A stretch of 51,720 nt of DNA, the filler included, from Streblomastix strix (Eukaryota): assembly GCA_008636045.1 (NCBI GenBank). It is 3 parts of 3 records of this genome, joined end to end, with 100 filler letters (N's around TTAATTAATTAA, not from the genome) between each part and the next. Parts side by side here need not be neighbours in the genome. Positions count along the whole stretch, not along the records: positions 1 to 17,182 come from SNRW01000715.1; 2 more parts are not named here. The stretch is one strand, 5' to 3'. Shown piece after piece: positions 1 to 15,967 of this stretch. Numbering within the stretch: the first letter of the stretch is position 1; each line of letters opens with the position of its first letter. The position numbers and the translations under genes are program-made. The notes beneath the pieces were generated by a model. The model was not told the DNA's origin. It saw only the letters and a list, made by a program, of their open reading frames with translations, and did not search any database.

Positions 1-2102
<2,102 letters not shown>

Positions 2103-2365
2103 TTAGAAACTTTAGATAAAAGATCGCGCTGGCGAAGAAAGCATTCAACCCCTTAATTTTATTTGTTTCTTTTCAACGCCCCATTTTGCTTTGCTGCCTC
2201 TCATTAAGATAACATTAAATAAACCATGATAATTTATTTATTTTAACAAATAATAGATAATGTGAAATGATTGCGACAGAACAAATATTTCATAATTGTT
2301 TATAAAACATATTATCTATTAAATCCCTTTAAAAATTGAGTTATAATCTTTATTTCTTAACAGAA

Positions 2366-5300
2366 TCAAATGCTTTTTACTGGTGCTCTTTATATATGTA
2401 GGAATTATATTGCAGCGCATCTTCTTTCCCACGTAAATAATTCCTATAAATTTAGAAATTATTAATTAATAATAAAATTTCAAAATAAACCTTCCATCCT
2501 CCATTTATCCAATGTTATATCTCTTTAACTTCACAATGGTCAATTCCATAACATTGAATTCCTTCTTCAAGAGCAGCAGTTAATACATTGATTCCTTCCT
2601 ACAAATTAATATGAGGAAAATAAAAAATATTTAAAAATTGTTTAATTATATTAATAACAATAATAATCATTAAATACCTAAAAACATTTATATTACTAAA
2701 GAACTTTGATCTGCATGGGTCTTGGATCTACATGTGAAGGAGCATCCATTGATACCAATACAAGTAAGATTCCACACATCTAAATTATAAAAGAATAATA
2801 AATAAGATACAAATATAATATAACAATATTTATATAAATTATGAATAGAATAGATAAATTATATTTTATCTTACCTTCAGATCAAGAACTCTTCGTGGGT
2901 ATCCAGGAAAGTATATCAGTCTAACATATTGAACAATATATCTCGCAATTGATGAAACAACAGCAGGTGATATCATATTAGTGAATAATACAGCCAAATG
3001 AGGAGATGAGAGTAAATGATCCATACATTACTTAACTGCAAGATCATAATCAGCTCTTGTTTAGAATAGATATGTAGATGATGATTCTGATGATGAGTAT
3101 AATTATGTTTATGTTGTAATGTTATTTGAGAATAAAGGAGATTTAATTTATTTCATAGTTTAATCTTCTGTTGGAGATTAAGATGAAGTTGAAGTCGGAT
3201 TAGAAATAATTGAACTTGGAGTTGATGATTCTGATAAGGTATTTTATTTATTAGTTATATCTTTTATTTCTTCTTTTTCTATTCCCTTCTCTTTCTATCC
3301 ATCATTTTCATTATCATTATCATTAATTGCACAATTATAATTAGTATTTGCAATATTATTATTATCATTATTAACATCATTACTGATAATATTCCCATTA
3401 TAATCATTCTATTTATTAATCAATAATTATTCTGGTCTATCATCTTCAATTGTATCTGAATCAATTTATGGAGGTGGAGGAGCAAGAAGTCTTGGATCAA
3501 CCTTATTAAAGAAGAATATTCATAATAAAAGATATTAATATAGAATATTAATGAATATAAAATACTTCTTTATAAATACTTTTTTTATTTACACACCTCA
3601 CAGAACCATCCAGTTATATTTGATAAAATAAAACAATTATACAATAAACATGCAGATCCATACATTGATTAGATCATTGTTTCATGAAATGGATGAAGAA
3701 GAGGTCTAATATAAATAAATTAATTAATGAAAGAGAAATATTAATAAATGTGAAATTGAAAGAATAAAATAAATACTATTATATCATACTTGAAGAATTT
3801 AATCTGTTTATTTAATGTTTACATTGTCTATATAAAAATGAAAAATATTAAAAGAAATAGTACAATAAATTTAATTTAGTTTCTAAATTAAAATTAACTA
3901 ATAATACTCTCTTTTTTTTCACAAATAAATGTCATATACAAACCTCAATAAAATATAATCCAGGCATTCTATCAGAATAATTATCTGCATCAACTTCTCC
4001 ATCACTCGCTCTATAATTATAATAGAATGAATACATTAAATGCAAATAGAAACGATGATTGATAAATGAAAATATATGTTAAGTTAGATATTATCAGTTG
4101 ATCTAATTCTAGAAATCAATAGAATGAGCTATTATTTATATATTATTATGTACATCTATTATAGCAATATATTTTATTAATTATTATTATAATTTAGTAA
4201 ATAATATTCATTTACTAATTAATTTTAAATTAATCAAATTATATTTTTAATATAATATATTGCTATAATAGATGCGAATAATAAAATACAAATAAAAGCT
4301 CATACTATTACATTTTGTGAACTATATCTAATGGTACATTTACTCAATCAACACTTTATTATCAATATCATATTGAAATATAAAGAAATAATATTTATAT
4401 ATTAAACAAACCTTGAAAATCCTCTTGCAGCTCTTCTCTGAAGAATATAAGCTCTTTTACCAGCAATGATTGGATGAGTTGATGGATGTTTTCTAGTATT
4501 AACAAATAAATTAAGTAAAAATAAAATAGAAACAACTAATATATAATTTCATAAGGGTATTAATATACCTACAAACAAATATTGATGTATGATCTCTCCA
4601 ATTACATGAAAACTTTGAAATTCCATCTTCTTCAACTATTTTTAATCTTTATTCATCATATTTCTTATTTTCTCTTTCATTTTCATCTTCTATTTTCTTT
4701 TTCTCAGTTTCTGGATCAATTATCATTTCTTGTTTATTATTATCTTTAGAATCATCTTTTTCTGCTTCTTATTAAATTTAGGATATTTTCCATTCTTTCA
4801 CAATATTGTCAACTGATTGTTCTAACTATGCAAATCTTCTCTCTTATTCCTATTTCTCCTAATCGCTTATTTTATCTTCCTTTTCTCCAACTTCAACATC
4901 TCCATTTTCTTCCTTTGTTTCTTCTTTTTCTTTCTCTTAATTCTTCTTCTTATCTCCTTCATCTTCTTCTTCTTCATATTTCATCTGATCTAATTCAGAC
5001 ATTGCATCTTCTACTTCTAACAGCTATTTATGTATTATTCCATATTCTATTTCTTTTCCATTTGGTACTTATGAAATTGATTCAATATGTTATAATAGAC
5101 TATCTAATGGTGTGATATATTCTATAGAAGATGAAGAATTAATTGTATTATCATCTTATTTATTATCATTGTCATTATCTTTATCCATTTATATATTATT
5201 ATCATCATTCATTTTCTCTTTCTCCTCTTTTTCTTTCTATTTCGTCTCTTCCCAAATCTTCATCTCAATTTCTAATTTATCTTTTTATATCTCTCTCATT

Positions 5301-8181
5301 GGCATTCCACATTCTGCACAACAAAATGAGGTTAATACATCGTCCCATTCAGTTTATTATTACAGTAATCTATGCCAAAAGTTATACCTTATTTCTTCAT
5401 CTTGCTCAGCAATGTCACACAATTTATTATGAAATGATCTTTTTGTATGAGGGAATAATTCAAGTTATTATTATTGTGAAATATCTTCTTCTTTATCCAT
5501 CTCTTTCTTAGTAAATCTTTCTCTCATTTTATTTTCTTATTATTCTTCAAGATCTGCTTCTTATGATGCTTCAATTCTCATTTATTTAATCATTTCTTCA
5601 ACCTATAAATAATAATATTAATTAGAAAATAATAATAATTAATTATGAAATAATCTATTCTTATTTATTTGTATACTTCTTCAATAATCTCTTCAGATAC
5701 ATCAGGTCCATTGGGTATTTCATTTCCTCCTTATTTAAGTTGTTTTCTGACACTCTATGATTTAATATTAATTTATTATTTATAATTAATATTAAATTTA
5801 TTATTAATGACGTGCAGAATAAACTTCTTTCTTTCTTAATTATCATTTTCTTCTTCTTTATTCTATTCTTCTTCTTCATCTACTTCCTATTCTTCTTCTT
5901 TATACCAATCATCTGGTTGAATACATCCCCATGAACCTATTAATAATTAGAATGAATAATAAATAATATTAATAATTAATTATATTTAATTATATTAACC
6001 TGATCTTCCACCTCCATTGTCAAATACACCATATAATTCTCTTCCATATTTATCTTCATCATTTTAATATTTCTGACTGTTATCTGTTACTGCTCCTTTC
6101 TCAGATGATTCTGATTCTGAAGATGAAAGCTCAAATTCATCATCTTTAATTATAGTTCTGTCTTTAATTTATTTTCTTACTTTATTTATTTTCTATTTCT
6201 TATCTTTCTTCAATATCTAATTCAGAACTTTTGCTCTTTCTTTTCTAATAAATCTTCCTTCAGGCTAAGACATTCCATATCTGTTTATATATATGTGATT
6301 GAATAATAAATTATATTTGTATTAAATCATATTTATTGATTTTCTATTTTTAATTCAATTTTAAGTATTTTTAAACCTCAACCAACTTCCCCAACCATTT
6401 GGTCTCAATCCACTTATTAATTAATTAATTAATTAATTATATAAATTATTATTAAATATTTATATATAAAGGTAAATAAATTATTCTATTAAAACAAACT
6501 TTCCATGTTTCTATTTGAATTACATTATATATATAAATATATTTAAAATAATAAATGAATAATAAAATATAATTTAATTATATTAATTATTATTCATTAA
6601 TAACCTTAACTACGGATCGAACACAGCGACTACATCTACATCTGAAATGATAAGTTGAAATTAGATCGCTTTATCTTTTTGGAATATATATGTATAAACA
6701 TAAATAAAAGTATTGATATATAAAATTTATAATTAATTTTTTTTATTTCTATTAATAATTATAATTTCAAAAACCTTCTTTCTAACGAAACACATATCTC
6801 AGAATAATCAATTGTTATTTCTTCTCCAGATCTAATTGGACGAAGTGTAATTAACTTAAGTTGTGATATATAATAATAAATAGCAATAATAATAAATAAA
6901 TTGTTATTATTATTATTTAAAATAACAATTAATTATTCAAACAATTAAATTCCCTCGTCTATCATGACAGAATGCAGAATTTGGAGCGCATGAATGATTG
7001 AACATACTTCCAATATAGAACATGCCAAATCCAGTATCTCTGAATATTGAATGAGCATTACAATCAGCAATAGAAAGTGCAGACATAAGAAGTGGATGTA
7101 TTGCCCATCTTAGACATTCTATTGGCAACATTAGTAATGATGGAGATATTTTAGATATTGAAGATAATCTGGATGAAGATGATTATTTAGATGCAAAGTA
7201 TTGAAGGCACTTCAGTCTTCTTTCTTTGCTTTTATCTAAATTCTTGGAATCATCTTTATCATCATCTTCTTTCTTCCAATATTTTTCAGTATCAATAATC
7301 TTTTTTTTATCTTTTTATTATTTTGGTTTATCCTCTTCATCTTCTTCTTCATCATCATCTTCTTCTTCCTTTTCTTCTTCTTCCTTTTCTTCTTCATCTT
7401 CTTATTCTTATTCTCCATTTTCTTCTTCTTCTTATTTATACATCTCTTTCTCCCATTTCTCTCAAATATCCATTTATTACTCTCTCCAATCATTCTAAGA
7501 TAATTCCCAATTAATCTTAAATTTATCAACTTCTTACATACAGCAATGCCTAGTTTGCCCTTCTTAAGGCTTCCTGGATCTTCCACATATGGTACAATTC
7601 CCTTAATACACTCCATATTTCACAAAGTTATAAAGCATAGCTAATAATTCTTCATATGAGAATAATGAAAGAGCATTATCTACAAGATTCTTATCTTTTA
7701 AGGTGTGTTCTTTCAAATTCTTCTCATGTTCAACCAAGTCAAAATATCTTTATACAGGCGTTAATAACTATTTCAATTATATTGTTGGATAATCATTAGC
7801 ATATAAAGGATGCAAGTGTTTTTCATTATGAATAAAAACTGAACATAAACGCATTAGATGTACAGAATCCGAATCACATAGTAAGTCTTAACTGTATTTC
7901 TAATATGCAAGACATTCATATTTATGCAGAAGTGAATCAGCATTAAGACAATTTTCACAACAATATAAGATCTATCCACATCGAGGGCAATGAATTCCTC
8001 CAATTGAAGGTAGTTTATCTGTACAATAACCACAGAATTTAGTGCGTGATGCATTGTAGAGTACTGTTGCTATAGAAGATTCCCGTAAAATTATTTCACA
8101 TGCTCCGATTGGCTTTATTGATGCGATTAATCTTCCCTTTTCACTGGATTCTTAAATAATAAACGGACTAGGTGATTCCAT
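2366..8181 (-). CDS. SMYD-family SET and MYND domain lysine methyltransferase with long acidic/low-complexity insertions (multi-exon)
   Basis: SET-N MESPSPFIIQESSEKGRLIASIKPIGACEIILRE; MYND finger CGYC...CPRCGQILYCCENCLNADSLLHKYEC; SET core GMFYIGSMFNHSCAPNS and LRPIRSGEEITIDY; post-SET YHFRCRCSRC; C-terminal PLLHPFH. TGA at 2366-2368. The exon junctions I checked stay in frame. Confidence 0.88.
4153..4274. repeat. Intronic inverted repeat (21-bp perfect arms) with a nested inner hairpin
   Basis: CATCTATTATAGCAATATATT (4153-4173) is the exact reverse complement of AATATATTGCTATAATAGATG (4254-4274). An inner pair TTAGTAAAT/ATTTACTAA lies at about 4194-4218. Confidence 0.8.
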
Positions 8182-8876
8182 TTTTGTATTGTATGGCTTA
8201 ATATCTGAAAAAGAAAGAAAAAAAAGAATAAATTTAGATCAGATATTCTTAGAAATGCTAAAATGAAGGAAATTTAGATAAGATAGGCATAATTTGTTCA
8301 TATCATTAATTTTATGAATTTCACGTAGAAATAAGAGTAAAATATTAGTTCAAAACGTTTGTTTAACTCGTTAATAAGTGCCAATCATAAATGTATTGAC
8401 ATGGGTAAATTATTCATAACTAATATGGCATATGAATTTAGGGCAAAAAATTATTCATACTTAACTACTCAGATATATTGAGAAGCACATGGATGAAGGA
8501 CGGATTTGCTTTTTTTTATTTTTTATTTCTTCGCCTTTTAATAAAGTTTTTCGAGGTCAAGTTGTTTAAAATGTTGCTGAAAATAGGATAAAGTAATGTT
8601 ATATATAGTTATAATTCACCTACATTTTGAAATAAATTGCCATATAATAGAAATATTGAGAAGAATTTGCTCGTTAAATTTCTCAAGTTGTAATTGTTAA
8701 TACTTCTTTAAAATTTAACAAAAGTAATTAAAAAATATGTTTAGCTATTTATTCAGTACGATTTAACAAGTCGATATAACTTATGTAAAACCCATTTTGA
8801 GTGAATGAAAAATGAGATGTATAAGTGAATAAATGTGTGAAATTGGACTAATACGCTCTGAAAATCGTAATTTTCA

Positions 8877-11800
8877 TCATTTTGACTTCTATTACTCAGG
8901 AATTCTGAAGCCATCACGCTCGATCTCCTACCGATTTCCTATTTTGTGATAAAAACAAAAAAATAATAATAACAATTCTTTTTCATGTATTGTAATAATT
9001 GCATACCAGCTACATAAGCTAGCCTATTCAGAGCCATTATTGACTGGTTCTTCGTGAATTTGTCCTGATCATTAACTTGCACCTTCAAATATTTAATAAT
9101 TTCTCTTTTCATAGTTGGATCGCTAATCTCCTTGGCTCTATAGGCTTAACTGATGCAAAATGCAGACAAATCAGTTGAGAATTTGTCATAATTCTTAGAG
9201 AAAACCATATATATGTTCTGTATCCCATTACATGACATCAAATCTTGGTAGTAAGGATGAGCAATAACATCACTTGTGGTCTTAGTTGCACCAGTCATAA
9301 TATTTGATAGACTACTTATAGCATCATGGATCACATTTACATCAGAATGAGTAAGTAACCTTGACAGAGCAGGGAATGGTTTAAACTATCCTAATTATAA
9401 CCATATATCATTGTTCCTTGTATGAGTAAGTACACAAAAAGCCATTGAATGAGTCCTTGTTATTGATTCAAGGGGTTGATTCTAGAACATGAATATCAAT
9501 CCCTAGGGTAATCCTGAATTGATGGCAACTTGGCGGCCAACATCATCAAGCTTATTATAAAATGTCTATGTAACTGTTTCACATATTTATTCTTTCTTTT
9601 ATCGAGCTGATTATATTTCTGATTCATCTGATGGTTCTTTCTATTCAAGATCCTTTGTGAAGTCCATCCATATCAACATATTTATTTTCTCTGGATCTTA
9701 TTCGAAAAGCAAATTCTTCAGTAGTTCAAACTTCTAATTCCAAATTGCAGTCAGTTTCATATCCGTATTCTTCTTCCAATCAGCAGATGCATATTCCTTC
9801 TGTTATGTTTCTTTCAATTGATTCTCCTGAAATTTGATTTTATCCTCCAATTACTTCTTCTCTCCATAATTCTTACTCTTCTCATCTTCTAATCTACGAA
9901 TTCTATCTTCAGCTTCTCTTGCTCTTTATTCTTAATATCTGGCATTCTCTTCATTAATATGGACTCTCTCAAGAGCTTCTCTCAATTATTAATCTTTTAT
10001 TTTTAATTCTTATTTCATCTTCCTTCTGATATCCTTCTGCTTCTCAATCTGTTCTTGGGAATGCATTATTTCTGAGCTCAGTAACTCTTCTGCAGTTGGC
10101 CTTTTTATTGCATCCTTAATATTTATACAAATAACATTAATGAATTAATGAAATATATTGAATATGAATTAATGAAATACATTGAATATGAATTAATGAA
10201 ATATATTGAATATTATTTATATTAATAAACTGGGCTCAACATTGCAACAATCATCAATTTAAGTTCTTAAGGCACAAAATCTGGAATTGGATGAAACTTA
10301 CCCTTTTTGATGTTCTCAATTGTATCCATTTGTGTTTCTCCTTCAAATGGATGCTTTCCAAGAAGCATTTCAAAGATTATGGCACCAAGTGCCCATATAT
10401 CACTCATGACTGTCATCCTATTATGAAATGATTGTTATGCAAAGAATAAGAAGATATAATATAATATATCAATATATGTAGAATGATATTAACAAATATA
10501 TGTAGTATAAATTATAAGAATAATAATTAATTAATATCTCATATACTTATTTTCAAGATGCGCTTCAGGAGGAGAATAGTTCCTTCACAAATTTAAAGTA
10601 ATACAGTAATTTATTTAATATGAGAAAAAAGGATAAACAATAAAATAAATATATACTTTGTCCCTGCAGCCATAATATATGATTTGCTTCCCATATCTTG
10701 AGCAAGTCCATAGTCACCTGGAAGATCATAACAATAATAAATAAATATTGAAAGTTAATTAATATAAAGTAATATATTCAAATAATAGTAATATAAAGAA
10801 TACCTGTCTTTGCAGTATCATCTTCATCTATGAACACATTATCTGGTTTCAAGTCTCTATGTGCAATACCCTACGAATGAAGATGCTTTAGTGCCATAAG
10901 GACTTGATATTGATATAAAATGGTCAGCTATATTAAATAGAAAATAGTAAATTGAATAATTTCTATAATAAATAGAATATAAAATACATTTATTTTGTCT
11001 TACTCATTCCAATCTTTCATATCATTGATCAATTATGATAAATTTCCTTTGGAGCAAAACTTAGATATGAAAAATATAATTAAAAGAAACAATTAAAAAA
11101 AAAATTAATTTTTAATATTTAAATATTTTCATTATATATTAATATGAAATTGAAATATAATTCATATAAAATATTCATACCTCCATAACAATGCACATGT
11201 CTTATTCATATGGGAATGATTCAAAGAATTAAACTGTATAATTAGATTGTGCCAATTTCATTTATTTAACTTCTTAGTCAGCCATTTTTTTCTACTCTGG
11301 TGTTCCATATGGTACTTTCTTCATAATAAACTAATCTTCATCAAGATTCACTACAAAAATACGTCCAAATGCGCCACCAGAAGATAATTCTCGAATAATC
11401 TTATCTAATTATTTAATATATTAAATAAAAAAATGTAAAAAAAAGAATTATATCCATTCAGTGTTTAAAAAAGTCACACAATCAGTATACACGTGTTTTT
11501 TATTTGATTACTTTCCTATATTTGATTGAATTGTGATTTGTTGATTTGATGAAGTAGAAACAGTTTGATGTATCACAGAAGGAGTATAAGTCTGTTGTAT
11601 TGATGCACTTGGTTGTGTATTGACAGTTGGTTAATTTGGAATTATTGTTTGTATTTGATTAATTTAATAAGGTTTTATTGTTGTTTGTACTGTTGGAGGA
11701 GGAGTGATTATTTATGGAATTTGATTTAATGGTGGTAAATTACTATTTGGTGTTAATATATGCGATGGTTATTAACTGGTAATTTGTGGAGTTTGAGTTA

Positions 11801-13009
11801 AGGGTTATGTTAATTACTAAGGGACTTATAAGACATTTGTAGATGTTTGATCTGATTGTGTTATTTATTTCAATTTGACTTTAGGAACTAATCCACGTTA
11901 TCCATTCTTCTCAACTTCATAATTCATTGATTCTTTCTTTATTAATTTAACTACATCTCCTTTCGTTACTTATATAAATCTCTTAGCTCCAAACATATTC
12001 ATATAGTCTTCTATAACTTCATAATATTCATCTTCATTACTTTATTATGGTTTAAATCGAGGAAGTGTAGCAGATTCTTGTAATTATGAAGGTAAAGATT
12101 CAACAATCTATAATGATTTAATAGAGATTGGATTTGAATTTTATCTCAATAATAATTTAGGATTATTTGGAATTGGAGGAGGAGGAGGTCTATTTGGAGG
12201 TTTAATTACATTCCTTTATTGATCTTTTATATCAAGAGGGTTGACATTAGAAGATTATGGTGGACTGATTTGTATCTAATTTGAGATTGTCTAATTTTAT
12301 TAGCTTTGTTATAATTATTGAGATAATATAACAGGCTCCATTATTGGTTAAGGTGCAATTGGAGGTAATCCAGATTAACTCTTTGTTCTGGGCCATTAAT
12401 TAGTTTGAGTTTGAATTAATGGTTATGTTAATTACTAAGGGACTTATAAGACATTTGTAGATGTTTGATCTGATTGTGTTATTTATTTCAATTTAACTTT
12501 AGGAACTAATCCACGTTATCCATTCTTCTCAACTTCATAATTCATTAATTCTTTCTTTATTAATTTAACTACATCTCCTTTCGTTACTTATATAAATCTC
12601 TTATCTCCAAACATATTTTTATAGTCATATATAACTTCATAATATTCATCTTCATTACTTTATTATGTTTGTGTTTGACTTATTTATTATGATATATTAA
12701 GAGCTTGAATTTATGCAGGTTGAGTAGATGGAATCTTATTGTGTTAATATCCTTGGTTCTATGTAGGAATATTTTATGCAGGAAGTTGCCTGATGTATGA
12801 TGTAGGTACAACTCCTATAATTTACAAATAAATAAATATTATATAATGAAATCAAATAATATCATACCGCTCTTCCCATCCTTATTACCCATTGACCAAC
12901 CATTGCCATAATCCTATGTGACTGTTATTTGATCACCCTTTTTTACAATAAGATATTTAGATGTATCAATATTGCTGTAATCCCAGAGCACTTCATATTA
13001 TGCAGCCAT
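8877..13009 (-). CDS. Ser/Thr kinase (NEK-like) with three N-terminal SH3 domains, Pro/Gln-rich linkers, a coiled coil and a helical ARM-like C-terminus (multi-exon)
   Basis: SH3 MAAQYEVLWDYSNIDTSKYLIVKKGDQITVTQDYGNGWSMGNKDGKSGVVPTSYI, plus two more SH3-like copies. Kinase motifs: GGAFGRIF, FIMKK, HRDLKPDN, DYGLA, GT..YSPPE, SDIWALG, RPTAEELL. Ends NRQEIERDGFRIPEQQKSK-TGA (8877-8879). The NEK assignment is by overall resemblance. Confidence 0.87.
11803..12667. repeat. 247-bp direct repeat (11803-12049 and 12421-12667), an intragenic SH3 duplication
   Basis: Two near-identical copies offset by 618 bp (in frame), with about 7 substitutions by eye. Both encode YEVIxDYxNMFGxKRFIQVTKGDVVKLIKKExMNYEVEKNGQRGLVPKVKLK. 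Confidence 0.92.
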
Positions 13010-13729
13010 TTGTAAGTTTAGTGGACTACTAAAGTAACTAAATTATAAAAGCAAATGACAAATAATTGTATATTACATTAATTAGATAATAAATAGCATA
13101 AAAAATTAAAATAATATAAAATTTGATTCAATTCTACGTAAATAGTCAGAAGAATTCATTTTATTAATACAAAAAAAATTTGTAAATTTCATTGCCATTG
13201 TTCAGTACTATAGATCGATAGAAGTTAATATTAATGTAATATGAGTATATAAATAAGAAAAAATTGTGATTTAGGAGAGGCTCGAGATATTATTAGTTTT
13301 ATCACAAAATTAATATTCTGAAGACGAATGGTGAAAGATTGGATATTATAAAACACATTTCTAAATTTATGAGATTATATCTATGCTATTTTTATGTATG
13401 ACAAAGTAGTTGTAACTGTGGAAGAATCGCGAACCAATTTAAAAGCTTTTTTCAAATATCACGCATTACCATTTAGAATTATAAAGATCAATATATAAAA
13501 ATATCTCTATCATGTTACTAATTAATAAATCACTTAAATACTAGAAAATAAAGAAACATAAAGTTGTTTCTCAATTTAATCTTAAATAATCATTACCACT
13601 AAAGATCTGATTGAAAAACAACTCTAATAGTGATATTTATTGAAAATCAGCTCAAAATATTAAATGAATAGTGACATTAATGATATAAATAGCAATAAAT
13701 ACAATTAAATACTTAAAATATTTACAGTT

Positions 13730-14539
13730 TCAACCGTTAAGTAAAAAAGTGGTTGTAATTTTTCTTTTTTTATCATCCTCAATTCGTTTTAGTTTAATTT
13801 CTTCTAATTCATGAAGACGACTGATCGTTCTGTTAATTTATTATTCTCGAATACTACTTGACTATAATAAATCATCCAATTATCTCTCATGAGGTTATGC
13901 ATAAAGAAATACTTGTGAATATGAAGTTATATTTGATCTCATTTAAGGAAGAAGCGAAGGTGGATTGAATATTTCTGGATACATTGAATTTGTTTCACGC
14001 TGAATTTGAATAGGACTTGCTTCTTTTATTGGTTATTCATTCATTGCTTTGATAATCTGCTAATTTTGAAATGTTGCTGATAATGGTCTAAGAGATTCTG
14101 ATTAATTTGAATATATTGGAGATCTAATCGAATTTTCACTCACTCTTCCTGATCTGATAATTTTCTGACTATCGGGGATTATATGTGTTCGTAAGAGAGG
14201 TGGTGTGTGCCAAGAAGCTGGCCTGAATTATTTGTACGGTTTGATCGATCTATCATTTGGCATTGTAAAATCAATATTTACTTTCTCTCGAGTTTGATTT
14301 AAATCACCAACTAATTGACTTGAAGCTGATTTAATCCTTGGCTTTGTTTATACAGTTGCTGTTTTAAGTTGTGGTGTATATGATCTGTGTCTTGTTTTAT
14401 CTTGCTAGGTAAGATTGAATTCTTAAAGCTGCATCCTACCATCAAAAGAAATCTTGTTAACATAAAACCGTTCATACGCATTTATATCATTAGTAAAACG
14501 AAGCAAAGGATTTAGCGTAGACAACGTATTAAGAAGCAT
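13730..14539 (-). CDS. Hypothetical protein (269 aa, single exon)
   Basis: ATG 14539 to TGA 13730 is open under TAR=Gln (MLLNTLSTLNPLLRFTNDINAYERFYVNKISFDGRMQLQEF...KRKITTTFLLNG). It is more GC-rich than its flanks. No domain recognised. Confidence 0.7.
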
Positions 14540-15082
14540 TACTATTTAGAAAATCGAGAAAACAAATAAATATATTAATAAATAATAATGAAAAATTTAA
14601 ATAATAAAAATATTAAAAAAAAATGTTGATTAAAAAAAACGAGAAAAATATAATAAATTATTTTTCTATATTTTCTTTTCATTATTTTACATTATTTTGC
14701 TATGTTTTATATTAAATTTCAATAAATTATTTAAATAATAATGGAATTAAAATCAAATTTTGATCTGGAGCGTATGAAAAAGCGATTTTTGAGCAAAAAA
14801 GCAAGAAATGCCGTTTATAGGCAAATTTTATATAAATTAAGTTTAAACATTAATTATAAATTAAACATAAAATATCATTATTTTTATTACAGTAAATATG
14901 CAAGTTATAAATAGGAGGTTATTGAACAGATTGGATTTTTATTTACTCGGCTCAATTCTCAGCCAGTATTAAAGATATACATATCATATTTAGTGTATTC
15001 AAAGGCAAGAAAATGAATAAATTGCATTTATAATACTGTACCTCTACAACTCTATTATTATTTTTATTGGTGAATTGATTGT

Positions 15083-15967
15083 TCAAAGTAAGATTTTGTC
15101 GCGGATGTCGTCTGCTATTCCAAGTGGTTATGCGTTATTATCCAATCTGTAAAAAAAATTAATAATTATAAAGATAAATTATAAAATAAAACACTTTCAC
15201 ACCTAAATATTCGCTCAATAACAGATAATTCAGTGGCTGTTGTATCTCTACCACAGAATGCAGCCCAATCATTAGCAACCATTCCAGCACCAACAACTTC
15301 TGAGCCACGATTAACAGTCCCTGCAACCAATGGCACTTCAAGAATGTTTGAAAGCTCCTCCAGTTCGCGAATAGCCGCCATTGGATGTACCAATCCACCT
15401 TGATTTGTGAAATAGCAATAACTGCCAACTAATGCATTTCCAGCGATTGTCTGTCTAAAAACATCTACTCCAAGTACATCCTTGATAATCTCTTCTGTAT
15501 TCTGATATTAACAATATAATTAATTGAATGAGTAAATGAAAGTAATTAAATGAATACCTGATCAGCCTCTGGATGTAGTAATGCTACATGGTCATTACAT
15601 GCTATAATATTCCCAAGTGCAGAAAGTCTCTCTTCTAAGCGCTATATTACAACAGCATCTGGAAGTGATAGTCTTAAATGTTGTAACTCTTAATCTGTAG
15701 TTGTATGAGGCACAAGAAGACCTTTGCTATTCCCTACACACAATCGACCTACAATTTTAGTTCCTGCAAATGTGGCTTGTATTACGGGTATATGGTCTGC
15801 TAGCTCTGCCTCGAATGCGCTGTAGAACTGAGGATTACCAAGTGGTGTCAAGCAATATGAGCTTGTGAGTTTCGCGAAGACGCCTACTTCACTGCTGTTT
15901 TCAAATTATGTACCTAAGGAAAAACAGTAAATTATGCTTAATATGAAAAATTCATACGTATAGCCAT
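15083..15967 (-). CDS. EIF6: Eukaryotic translation initiation factor 6 (60S anti-association factor), 3 introns
   Basis: [25 protein letters not shown]...[26 protein letters not shown]...[20 protein letters not shown]...[49 protein letters not shown] at 15083-15085. Confidence 0.97.

Noticed and set aside
4306..4327. Possible 22-nt micro-exon in the long SMYD intron
   Set aside because: Including it shifts the frame into a TGA, while direct splicing from 4411 to 4011 keeps the frame.
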